Source: Squalus acanthias (lineage: Eukaryota). From it: a stretch of DNA of 64,000 nt. Under the pieces are notes generated by a model that did no database searches, was not told where the DNA came from, and saw only the letters and a list, made by a program, of their open reading frames with translations. Position 1 is the first letter of the stretch. The number at the start of each line of letters is the position of its first letter. Below, piece by piece: positions 38,346 through 50,304 of this stretch. The stretch covers positions 496,001 to 560,000 of the forward strand of contig JASTWF010000114.1 of assembly GCA_030390025.1 (NCBI GenBank), in the 5' to 3' direction. Made by a program: the position numbers and the translations under genes.

Positions 38346-39142
38346 TTATCTAATGATTTTCAGCAACTTTTTAAATTTGTTTTCGTGATGTGGGTGACGC
38401 TGGTAAGTCTGGCATTGATTGTCCATCCCTAGTAGTTTAAAAGGTGTTGGTGGGCCTCCTTGAGCCTTCTGCGAGAACCAGAAGGCTCGGGTTACGGGAT
38501 CTTTTTAAATAAAAGGTTGTTTTGTTTCTTTCTTCAGTGCCACCGCTACAAATCAACTGCAGGTTACTGCTTTATGGGAGTTCGGCGGCGGCGCTTCTCC
38601 TTCTGCTGATGGTTATTGTCGCCGCGGGAAGGAGCTGCAGGAACCGGCGGTCAGGTAGCGGTTGTCGGGAGACGCTCCAACTCCACGGCGCTTCCAATCA
38701 ATCAATGTATTGTGTCATTGGCTCATTACATGTTAGTGGGCCAGTTCAGTGTGAAATGTCTGCATTTAGACCTAGATTAAGTTTCTCTTTTTATCAGCAA
38801 CACGAACAGCGATCAGAAATTGAAGGATTCGAGACCACGTGCCCAAGACAAGGAGGTAGATATGAAAATAATTGTTTTTGTTTAACACATGTCGATACCG
38901 TGCACTGGTTTTAACCCAATGTTTAAGATTCATAGTTAATGAGTCTATAACACTTTGCATCGTGAGCACTGCAGGATAGCAGTGTTGTCCTTTAATGTAA
39001 AGCTGCGAACCGCGATTAAAACATACAGATCTGGATATTTTAAATTGCAGAATGATGATTCACCAGAGTGATACCCGGGGCTACATTATGAGGACAGGTT
39101 GCACAGACTCGGACTTGTATTCCCTTGTCTATAGAAGATTAA

Positions 39143-39215
39143 GATGCGGAGATGCCGGTGTTGGACTGGGGTGGACAAAAGTGAGAAGTCGCACAACACC
39201 AGGTTATATTCCAAC
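39143..39215 (-). mobile_element. Very short Penelope terminal fragment, same family as 18092-23460
   Basis: atgcggagatgccggtgttggactggggtggacaaaa..gtcgcacaacaccaggttat matches 18091-18154. Confidence 0.85.
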
Positions 39216-39303
39216 CGGTCCAAATCATCCTTGATTTTCTCGGTATCCTCCTCGCAGCACACACTCCCACCCAGCTTTGTGTCATCTGCGTACTTGGAGA
39301 TAT

Positions 39304-40045
39304 TGCCCCAAAAATTAGTGCCTCTACATGAGAGTACGCACTGTGTACTCTCGCGTATTCTTTCTCCAATTGCCGGTTTTCTGCATGCACTGCGCATGCG
39401 CTGAAAACCGGCACTTGGTGATTTCAAAAGTGGGCGGTTCCTAGGTGAACCGCGTGCGCGCTACAGGCTGCGCGCACGCAGTGCACTTAGTGCTTTGAAC
39501 GCGCAGGTAAGCATGGAAGATTTTGCACATAAAGAAAGGAGGCGTAAGACCCTCTTTTAACAAGGTAAGTAGTTAATTAAGTATTATTTTGAATTTTTTC
39601 AACAGGGATATCTTTTTTAGAGACTTTAAAGAAAGGTAAGTTTATTTTTATAACTTGTTAAAAGATTTTTTAAAAATTTAAAATTTAATTTTTTGTTTTA
39701 AGTGGTTAATTTATTTAACTATACTTCTTTTATTAATGTGATGGTTTTTAAAAAAAATTAATTGAGGTTTAGCTGTTCTTTTGGGGGGTATAGATTCATA
39801 GCTTTCACAGCAATTGATGTGAAAACTTTGAATGAAAGATGGTGTGCTGCCATTGGCTCCAACTGAATCACGTGATTCCACAGCTCGCACGAAATAACTG
39901 CGCCTGTGGGACACACAAGCACTGCCCAGCTGCTGTCCAGAAAATCAAGTTCGTGCGAGCTGGGAATGAAAAAGCCGGCGCGCAGTGAGATATCGCGGGG
40001 AAGCCTCACCCCCGCACGAAGGCTCCCTCACTAATTTTTGGGCCA
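39304..40045. mobile_element. Non-autonomous TIR element (MITE, probably Harbinger-type)
   Basis: TIRs tgccccaaaaattagtg / cactaatttttgggcca followed by TTA; related copy starts at 63803. Confidence 0.7.
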
Positions 40046-41047
40046 TTACATTTAGTTCCCTTATCTAGATCATTAATGTATATTGCATCAGTGCCCGAGT
40101 TACAAAGACAATAAAACAGGTTTTCAAACTCCAGCATTGCATTTGTGATTCCAGTCCTTTGATCGTTCAGTCCAGATGCGCTCAGTGTACCTTTAACGCC
40201 GATTAAATATCCACAGTTATAGAAAAAATGTGTGCCGTTCAAAAGCGGGGCTCAGGATCTAATGGGCAGCTCAGGCACTGCCTCTAGATTTAGGCTGCAT
40301 TGATTTTAAAGCTGGAGGTTAGAAGAATGAGAGGTGATCTCATTGAAACATACAAAATGTTTACAGGGCTTGAAACGGTAGATGTTGATAGGCTGTTTCC
40401 CCTGGCTGGGGAGTCTAGAACCAGGGGTCGCAGTCTCAGAATAAGGGTTCGGTCATTTAGAACTAAGATGAAGAGGAAGTTCTTCACTCAGAGGGTGGTG
40501 AATCTTTGGAATTCTCTACCCCAGAGAGCTGTGAAGGCTCAATCTTGTGCACCGTGGTAACAGTGATGGAGTGTGTGAATTTTTACTTTTGTCAGGACCG
40601 TTTCAGTAACGGGGCAGGGATAGAAACCTGATTGAAGAGATTCAAAGAAGGAATTGCTGGATGGATGCGCACCATTGGGAGGCAGCAACATGTTGAAGGG
40701 CTCAGGAGATAAGAAGGAGGTTGGAGGTGGGGCTGCAGTTTGTACGGAGAGAGGGACTGAGGGTGGATTATTGAGGAAGGGGTAACAATAGCGGTTTTGA
40801 AAGAAGGGGGCAGAAGCTGAGAAGAGGGACACGTATTAAATATCAACCAATATGGGGGTCAGGAACTAGATGTTGAGTTGTTAGTTAAATTCATGTTTAA
40901 TATTGTGGCCATTAAACATAATTATAAAAAAATCTGGAGGAAAATAATGAATGTCCTATTCCCCCTTCACCTGCCGACAGAGTGATGTGTGAAGCTGTAA
41001 ACGCTGCTCCGGGTCGATGGCAGTCACTGCTTGTTGATCTGTTAGCT

Positions 41048-41510
41048 GGGGCTCAGTGGGCAGCACTCTCGAATCTCGAGTCAGAATGTTATGAGTTCAC
41101 AATCGCATTCCAAGAGACTTGAGCACAAAAATCTATACTGACACTCCAGGATAGTCCGGAGTGCGGCGCTGTCGAGGATGCCGTCTATCGGATGGGACTT
41201 AAAACCGCGGCCAGGTCTGCCCTATCAGCTGGACGGCAAAGATTCCACTACCACGATTTCGAAATAGAGCAGGGGAGATCTCCCCGGTGTCCTGGCCAAT
41301 AATTATTCTTCAAACAATATCACTATAAAGCAGATTATCTGGTCACTATCATATTGCTGTTTGTGGGAGCTCGCTGTGCGCAGGTTGGTTGCCGGGTTTC
41401 CTAAATGACTGCAGTGAATACATTTCAAAAGTTCTTCATTGTCTGTAAAGCACTTTGGGACATTCTGAGTAGATGAAAGGCGCGATAGAAATGCAAGATC
41501 TTTCTTTATT
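41048..41510 (+). mobile_element. Full-length tRNA-derived SINE (DeuSINE-like), tail abutting the GPCR stop codon
   Basis: A-box-like ggctcagtgg head, conserved core, tail gaaaggcgcgatagaaatgcaag. Confidence 0.75.
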
Positions 41511-44500
41511 ATAATTTCCCATTTAGTGTAAACAAATATTTCACCCCTTTCTTCAGCTCCTCTCTGAATGTCCTCTGTGTCAGTCCATAGATACAAGTGT
41601 TTGTGCAGGAACTGAGCAGTAGCAGCATAAACCCAACTTGCTGAGTGATATATATCGGATTACTGAGATATTTGTCTGTGTAAATTTTTTTACCACTGGC
41701 CAGTTTACCGAATGCACAATATACCTTATCCACAAAAGTATGAAATTGGCAGAAATAGTGAAAAGCAAGATCATGGATTTTCTTCGTTTCTTCATCTCGG
41801 CATCATTCTGATTCTCACTGTTATTCCGTACTCCCCTGCGGACTCGGTTTGCCGCTATAATATGTCTGACGGTCAGAGCATTGAACAACAGAATTAAAAG
41901 GATTGGTAATACCGGGGTGATGAGGCTGTTGATCCACTCGTATGCCTTCTACAAGGGGGAAGTGAAATAATCTGCTGTCGGAAAACAATACCAGGGCACG
42001 TTATCAATGATAAAGAGAGTTTCGGCCATGTAGTAAAAGGGAACACTCCTCACACAGCTCACCACAAACACGGTGACGATAACCACAGTTGCTGTTTTCT
42101 CGGTGCAATATTTTGATTGCAGCTTCTGACAGCAAATTGCTACAAAGCTTTCAAATGTGAAGGCGACAGTAAACCAAACGGAACAGTCTACAGCGACAAT
42201 GTAGGCGACAAACTTCACAGTGCACACCGGAGTCAGTGTAAGGAAACTAATTGGCAAATACATGCTATTCATCCGTTGTAATATCACATCGATGATTACC
42301 ACCATTAGATCCGCCGCTGCGATGGTCACCAGGTAGCGAGTGATGCACTTGAAGAGACCGCACTTTCCTCGGGACAGGATCACAATCGCCACCAAGTTCA
42401 CTGTAAGAAACAGGACACAACAAATTTACCTCCAGAATGTCCCAACACATTTTCTTTTGAAAAATAAGCTTCCGAACTCCATTAGGAAAGTATTGAAATA
42501 TCAGTTTTCTAGTTCCGAATTAAATATAATTGTTAAATTAAAAAGCTGTTCATTTGCGGGCACGGAAATCTGTGGCAAATGTTGGAACTGAAGGTTAGGG
42601 ATGAATGACAGCGTGGTTGAAAAGAAATACAGACAATGGTGGTGAGGTAAAACATTATTGCGATATTTCAGGAAAATGCGGTGACTGAAAACACAAGGCA
42701 ACATTTATCATCTACCAGTTCCTCCAAATCCAAATACCTGCGAATCAGCTCGGCACTGTTGGGTTACATTCTGTACAGCATGTAGATAAGTCTCTCACAT
42801 TGTTGTGTTATCGTCTTTACAGCATGGAGGTCGCTTCTTCACATTGTTGGGTTATGGTCGGTAAAGCATTGTGATCACTCTCTCACATTGTTGGGTTATG
42901 GTCTGTACAGCATGGACTGCGCTCTCTCACATTGTTGGGTTATGGTCTATACAGCAAGGCGATCACTCTCTCACATTATTGTGTTATTCTCTGTACAGCA
43001 TGGAGATCACTCTCTCACATTGTTGGATTATGGTCTGTACAGCATGGAGTGCGCTCTCTCACATTGTTGTGATATGCTCTGTACAGCATGGAGGTCGGTC
43101 TCTCACATTTTTGAGTTGTGGTCTGTACAGCATGGAGATCACTCTCTCACATTGTTGGGTTATGGTCTGTACAGCATGGAGTGCGCTTTCTCACCCCGTT
43201 GCGGCACATCTAGGGTCGAAAATCTGCTCGGGCAGTTGAGCACAATGGGCGGTATCGGATCGGCCGTCTGTTATTGGCAGCGCCTAATACTCAGGTTCAT
43301 TGACTGCACTGGAACTGACTATCAGGCGCTACGTTTAATGGGCGGCCGATCTGACACCGCCCCTTTTGTTTCACACCACGAAGTCCAAATCTACCCCCTT
43401 TCGCTTTTCATGAACCACGTATCTGCGAGAGATAAATGTTTGCAATGACACCTGAAGAATTCCTGCAATAAGTTATTCAATTTGTTCAATCATATCGAAC
43501 GTTTCGGTAAAAGTGATAGTTGGAAACAAATAAACTAATATAATCTATTATTAGGGACGTGATAACAGGGCAGTTAGAAAATCATAATATCTTTGAGCAG
43601 AGTCAAGCGGAATTATGAAAGGGAAATCGTGTTTGACAAATCTGTTAGGGTTTTTGAGGATGTAACTGGCAGGGTAGTTAAGGCGGAACCAGTAGATGTG
43701 ATATATTTGAATTTTCAAAAAAAACATTCGATCAGGTGCCGCTCAACAATAAGGCTCGTGTGATTAGGGATAATAGTGTCGCATGGATTGAGGATTAGTT
43801 AACGGACAGATAACAGCAAGTAGGAAAAAACGGGTCATTTTCGGGTTGGCTGGCTGTAACAAGTGAGGTACCGCAAGGATCAGTACTTGGGCCTCAGCTA
43901 TTTACAATCTGTATCAATGACTTAGATGAGGGGACCGACTGTAATGTATACAGGTTTGCTGACATTACAAAGTTCAGTGGCAAAGTGAATGTGGCGGAGT
44001 GGACCCCACGCTGCTCACAGAAATCACTGGATTTTTGCTTCCATTTCAAGCAGCCACAACCGCAGTCGGAGCTGGACTGACGGCCAAGAATTCAGGAGAG
44101 ACTTCTGCAGCTGAACCCTATGCATACATGAAATAATGCAATAAAGCAATAATTCTTAAAATCCCCACGTTACACGTGAAACACATTTACCAACATCAGG
44201 ACATTAAAAGAGTGACTAATTAATGTCTGATCGGATGTCAGTGTAAAATCTAGGGAAGAGCGGCTCCTGAAAGCAGTAAAGGCGAGCATTGTTTCAGACG
44301 TTGTCTGTGGAGAAAATTGAAGAAACCTTATCATTTCAATTAAGAGCTCACGTTAAGAAAAGAAGACAATCAGTTAATTAACTGATAACAAAAAACAGGG
44401 AGCGGATAGCCTGAACAGTGGAACATTAATATTCAGCTTTTACTGTCTCGTTTGACTGTCTTACCAGGAACACCGAGGGCTGCAAGAACCGGGTAGTAAA

Positions 44501-44534
44501 TGCGCTCTGTCAGGAAATTTACTAGGTAATCCAT
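41509..44534 (-). pseudogene. GPR139-like GPCR pseudogene, copy 2: exon 1 44534-44465, exon 2 42400-41509
   Basis: Exon 1 is open (MDYLVNFLTERIYYPVLAALGVP|gtaag); exon 2 has TAG at 41949-41951, DRF changed to ESF and a frameshift near 41690; no Penelope insertion. Confidence 0.87.
42755..43195 (-). repeat. 44-bp minisatellite, ~10 copies (inverted paralog of 16575-16925)
   Basis: Unit ctctctcacattgttgggttatggtctgtacagcatggagtgcg. Confidence 0.9.
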
Positions 44535-45699
44535 TTCTTACTTGAAGCACCAATGCCTGTTCGGCCAGGCACAGAGCTCTGACTGTGGAAATGTAAAGGC
44601 TGATTCAGAGGAGCCCTTAGATATACAATATAGAAACCTCCACGGAGACAGTCATCTAGGGAGAGCGATCAGTGATATTAGTTACATTCCACCAAACAAA
44701 CATATTTAATGAACCGCTTTTACTCCAAGGATTTGTGTGTAATAAGATATTTTCATTAGAGGATAAGCAAAACAAATTTATTTTATATTTCTTTGAAATT
44801 TCATCCAAAGGTGAATTGTAAATTCTTTTGCTATGATCCCGGTGTTGAGCTGTGTGAACAGTACTGATGTTGAGGTGGATGAAGAGTCTCAGTTAAGAAC
44901 ATAAGAACAGAAGAAATAAGACCGGGAGTAGGCCATTTGTCCCTTGGAGCCTGCTCCACCATTCAATAAGCTTATAGTTGAAATTCTACCTCAATTCCAC
45001 CTTCCCGCACTAACCGCATATCCCTTGATTCCCTGAAAATCCCAAAATCTATCGATCACTGACGTGAATATGTTCAACGACTGAGCTCTGACTGTGGGGA
45101 TGTAAAGGATCACTGGGGTATGGAATTGCAACGATTCACAACCCTTTGAGTAAAGTAGTTTCTCCTCATCGCAGTCCTAAATGGTGGACCCGTATTCCGA
45201 GAAATGTGACCCCTTGTTCTAGACTCCCGAGACAGATGAATCTTCCTCTGTGTATGTACCCTGTCAAGAATTGATCATATTTCAATGAGATCACATTGCA
45301 GGCCTAGTCTCCTCAGTCTCTCCTCATGGAACAATCCCCCATTCCAGGAAACATTCTGGTGAACATTCGTTGCAGTACCTCAAAGGAAAGTCATCCTTCC
45401 TTGGTAAGGAGAACAAAACTGTACACAATGCTCAGGTGTGGTTCCAACAGGCCCCTATATAATTGCAGTTAAACTTCTTTACTCTTATACTAGAATGCTT
45501 TTTGTAATCGCCGTTATTATTTGCATGAACACCTTTGTGGCCTTCTGCAATGAACGCAGTAAAACGGAGCCACGCATGCGCACACTTCCACGCATGCCCG
45601 CTGTATAACGGAGCCTGCACGGGAGCCACGCTTTTCTTGATCCAGTGCGGAGAAGTTCAGAGGATCCGTTGATTGTTCGTTGTTGGTGTTGAGGGAAGG

Positions 45700-46760
45700 G
45701 TACGATCGAGGATCGAGGTTAGAAAGGGGAGAGAGAGGATCGAAGTAGGGGGAGAGAGGGAATCGGAGGAGGTGAGATAGGGGATGGGGTAAAGGAGATC
45801 GGAGAGACAGACAGGTGATTGGAGAGAGAGAGGAACTCGGAGGGAGAGAGATGAAAACGGAGAGAAAGAGGTGTTGGTAGGGGAGTGAGAGGAGAGCGGA
45901 GAGAGAGAGGGGATATGAGAGGGGAGAGAGGAGATCGGAGCGAGTGAGGAGAAAGGAGGGCGGATGGTGAGGAGATCGGAGAGAGCGATTAGATCTGAAG
46001 AAGAGAGGAGATTGGAGGGGAGATGGAGGAAATCAGAGAGAAAATGGATATCGTAGGGAGGTGGAGAGGAAATCGGACAGAGAGCAGAGAGGGAGAGAGA
46101 AGATCAGAGAGGGAGAGAGAGGAGATTTGAGAGAGAGGAGATTGGAGGAGGGATGGATAGAAGATTGCAGAAAGAGGAGGGGAGACAAGAGATTGGAGTA
46201 TGAGAGAGGAGATTGGAGAGAGGGACAGGGAGATAAGGGGGGATTGGGAGGAGATCGGAGCGAGAGGAGGGGGAGAGATTTGGTTGGAGATGAAGTGAGA
46301 GAAGATTGGAGAGAGATAGGAAACCGGGGGAGAGGGATAGGAGTTCAGTGAGAGAGAGGAGGGGAGAGAGAGAGGAGATCGGAGACAGGGAAATATTGGA
46401 CAGAGAGAGGAGATCGGATTTGGAGAGGAGAACGGAGAGAGAGAAAGGAGATCGGAGAGAGAGGGAGAGGAGATTGGAGAGAGAGGAGATCGGAGATAGT
46501 GGAGATCGCAGAGAGAGAGAGGAGATTGGAGAGAGAGGAGATCGGAGAGAGAGGAGATCGAAGGGAGGGGAAGAGAGAAGATCGAAGGGAGGGGAAGAGA
46601 GAAGATCGAAGGGGGAAGAGAGAGAGAATATCGTACGCGGAGAGAGAGGATCGAAGGGAAAGAGAGAGGATCACAGTGGAGAGGAGAGCAGCTCGGAGGG
46701 GGGAGAGGAGGTCAGGAACTGGGGGGTAGAGAAGGTCAGAAACTCGGCGGGGGGGGGTTG
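45700..46760 (+). repeat. GA-rich low-complexity tract (inverted paralog of 13020-14140)
   Basis: gagagaggagatcgga-like units. Confidence 0.9.
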
Positions 46761-47477
46761 GTCGCTTAAGGAGCACGGAGAGCACAGTGGAGATGGGGGT
46801 GAACGTGATCCAGGTCTAAAAGGCGAGAAAACGAGAACGTGATCCAGATTATTAGACGGATCACGTTCTTCTACTCCCATCTGCTTTACACCCGCACCAC
46901 GTTCTCCCTCTCATCCCCGAGTCCTGGTTGATTTTTCGGAAAGCGCGGCACCTGTCCGGCAAGTGCCATTATTGGACTGGACGAAATCCGAAAGTCATGA
47001 CACTGTCACTATTCACTTAATACCCAACGAACGTGCTAACAACCCGTGACCCACACACAATGCACCATCTATGGGTGGGGACGGTCAGTAATTTGTTGCG
47101 GGATAAGCGCAGGAACCCGTGGCGGAGAAGGTCAGGAAGCCGGGGGAGGGGGGCGAAGGTCAGAAACTCGGGAGGAGAAGGTCAGGAACGTGTTGAGGGG
47201 GGAAAAGATCAGAGCTCTGTGGGTGGAGGAAGGTTAGCAACTTCTTGGGGCGGCAGGAACTTGTTTGGGAGTGGGTGAAGATCCTAACCCACGAAGGTGA
47301 GCCCTGTTTGTTCTCTGTGAGCTCTGTCTGGAGCCTGGCTGTCAGAATAAATACAAAGGCCACCACTCTCTTATCGTCAGTTGGTTCACGACCACAGACA
47401 GCTCATCTTCGCCGTCAATGCCCGCTAGTCTGGCAGCAGGCACGATGCATTCATCCTGCGACAGACTGATGTCATAA

Positions 47478-50304
47478 CAACATAAGAAATGAGAGCAGGA
47501 GAAGGCCATACGGCCCCTCGAGCCTGCTCCACCATTCAGTAAAATCATGGCTGGTAATCGAACTCAACTCCACTTTCCCCCACGAGCTCCATATTCTTGA
47601 TTCCCCGAGAGTCCAAAAGTCTATCTATCTCAGCCATGAATATACTCAAAGACTCAGTACTCACAGCCCTCTGGGGCAGAGCATTCAAAAGATTCAAAAC
47701 TCTCTGTGTAAATAAATTCCTCCAAATCTCAACCTTAAATGGCCTACCTCTTATCCTGAGACTATGCCCCCTAGTTTTAGACACTCCAGCCAGGGAAAAA
47801 AACTCTCAGCATCTACCCTGTCAATCCCCTTCAGAATCTTGTATGTTTCAATGAGATCACCTATCTTTCTTCCAAACTGCAGAGTATAGGCCCATTCTGC
47901 ACAATCTCTCATCATAGGACATCCATCTCATCCCAGGAATCAATCTAGTGAACCTTTGTTGCACCGCCTCCAAGGCAAGCATATCATTCATTAGATAAGG
48001 AGACCAGAAATGTGCACAGTACTCCAGGTGCGGTCTCACCAAGATCCTGTATAATTGTTGCAAGACTTACTTACACATTTACTCCAACTCCTTGCAATAA
48101 AGGCCAACAAGCCATTTGTCTTCCTTATTGCTTGCTGTACCTGCATGCTAGCTCTCTGTGCTTCTTGCGCGAGGACACACAGATCTCTCTGAACACTAAC
48201 ATTTGAAAGTTTCTCACAATTTAAAAAATATTCTTTTTTGCTATTCTTCCTACCAAAGTGAATAATATCACATTTCCCTGCATTATACTACATCTGCCAC
48301 CTTACTGCCCAATCACTTAGTTTATCTATATTCCTTTGAAGATTATTTGTGTTCTCCTCACAGCTTACTGACTCACCTAGCTTCGTCTCATCAGCAAACT
48401 AGGATGCATTACACTCGGGAACTTCACCAAGAGCATTAATATAGATTGTAAATAGCTGAGGCCCCAACACTGATCCTTGCGGCACCCCACTAGTTACAGC
48501 CTGCCACCCTGAAATAGATTCGTTAAACCCTACTTGCTGTTATCTGCCCGTTAAGCAATCCTCTATCCATTCTACTATATTACCCCCAACTGCATGAGCC
48601 CTAATCTTGTATAATAACCTTTTATGTTGCACCTTGTCGAATGCCTTTTGGAAATCCAAATATACTACCTCCACTGGTTCCCCTTTATCTACCCTGTTAG
48701 TTACATCCTCAAAAATCTCTGATAAAAGTGTCAAAACTGATATCCTTGCATAAAACCATGTTGACTCTGCCTAATCATGTTATGATTTTCTAAGATACTT
48801 GATACCACTTCCTCAACAATGGATTCCAGCATTTTACAGACGACTGATGTCAGGCTAACTGTCCTGTACATCCCTGTTTTTTTCTCTCCCTCCTTTCTTC
48901 AACAGCGGTGTCATATTTGAGAACTTCCAATCCGCTGGGAACATTCCAGAATCCAGGGAATTTTGAAAGATCGAAACCAATGCATCCACTATCTCTTCAG
49001 CCAGCTCTTTTATAACCCTGGGATGTAGGCCTTCAGTTCCAGGTGATTTTTTGGATTTAGTCTCGTTCGTTTCTCTAGTACTTTTTATCTACTTATATTA
49101 ATGACGTTAGGTTCCTCACCCTCATTACACCCTTGGTTTCCCAACATTTTTGGTATATCTTTTGTATCTTCTACTGTGATGACAGATACAAAATATTTGC
49201 TTAACGTTTTTGCCATTTCCTTATTCCTCATTATAATTTCTCCTGTCTCAGCCTCTAAGGGACCGACGTTTACTTTTGCTACTCTTTTCCTTTTTACGCA
49301 CGTGTAGAAATTCTTACAATCTGCATTTATATTTCTTGCTAGTTTTCTCTCATATTCTATTTTTTTCCCTTTTTATCAATTATTTGGTCAACCACTGCTG
49401 GTTTCATGAAACTCTCCCAATCCTCAGGTTTACTATTTTTCTTTACAACATTATATGATTCTTCTTTCAATCTAATGCTATCCTTAACTTCTTTATTTAG
49501 ACAAGATTGGATCACTTTTCCCGTGGAGTTTTTGGTTCTCAATGGGATGTATCTTTGTTGAGAATTATGATATATTTCTTTAAATGCAAGCCACTGCTTA
49601 TCTTCCGCTATAACTTTTAATCGATTTTTCCATCTACCTTAGCCAACTCGCCCCTCATACCCAATGTAATTGGCTTCATTAAAGTCAAAGGCAAGTCACT
49701 CTTAAAATTAACATGAAATTTTATCATATTATGTTCACTCTGCCCCAGAGGATCCTTTACTATGAGATTGCTAATGAACTCTGTCTCATTACACAATACA
49801 AGTTCTAAAATAGACTGTTGCCTGTTTGGTTCCATGGCATATAATTCTAGGAAACTGTACCGAATGCATTCCATGTACTTGTCCTCCAGACTACCTTTGC
49901 AGATTTGATTTGTCCAATCTATATGAAGATTAGTGTCCCCCAAGATTATTGCATTACCTTTGTTGCAAGCTCCGACTATTTCTTGATGAATATGCCGTCC
50001 AATGATGTAGCTGTTGTTAGGGGGCCGAGATACTACTCCGACCAGTATTTTCTGCCCCTTGTTATGTTATTCCTTATCTCCACCCATACTGATTCTACTT
50101 TCTGATCTTCCGAGCTAAGATCCTTTCTCGCTACTGTCCTTATGTCATCCTTTGCTATCAGGGCTACTACACCTCCTTTTCCATGCTGCCTGTCTTTTCG
50201 AAACGTCACATGCGCTGGAACATTTAGTTCCTAACCTTGGCCATCTTGCAACCATGTCGCTGTAATGGTTATTAGATCAAATACATTTTTCTCTATCTGT
50301 GCCA
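47478..50304 (-). mobile_element. CR1 LINE ORF2, ~2.8 kb from endonuclease to 3' tail, decayed; paralog of 1806-2436 + 6785-7973 without the Harbinger
   Basis: GDTNLHIDW, YLDFQKAFDKV, LVRPHLEYCAHFWSP, FTQRVLNL.NALP; same 5' junction with the old Harbinger as at 1805. Confidence 0.9.

Larger units (their letters stand above)
34725..38654 (+). pseudogene. Non-rearranging VJ-C1-TM Ig-superfamily (antigen-receptor-like) gene: leader 34725-34767, VJ 35394-35732, C1 35825-36127, TM 38538-~38654
   Basis: The first three introns are GT-AG and phase 1. V exon: Q.PPVQTVSVG, HW*KRQ, GRFSG, YSLIV, DSGEYYC, joined J motif FGDGSKMLI. C1: LMCLV, IRW, DGTYTVRSHISV..ETWSSG..C. TM: CRLLLYGSSAAALLLLLMVIVAAG. 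Lesions: TAG at 35510-35512 and Phe at the first V cysteine (35471-35473). Confidence 0.88.

Noticed and set aside
37945-38432. ORFs spanning the N run
   Set aside because: Artefacts of the assembly gap.
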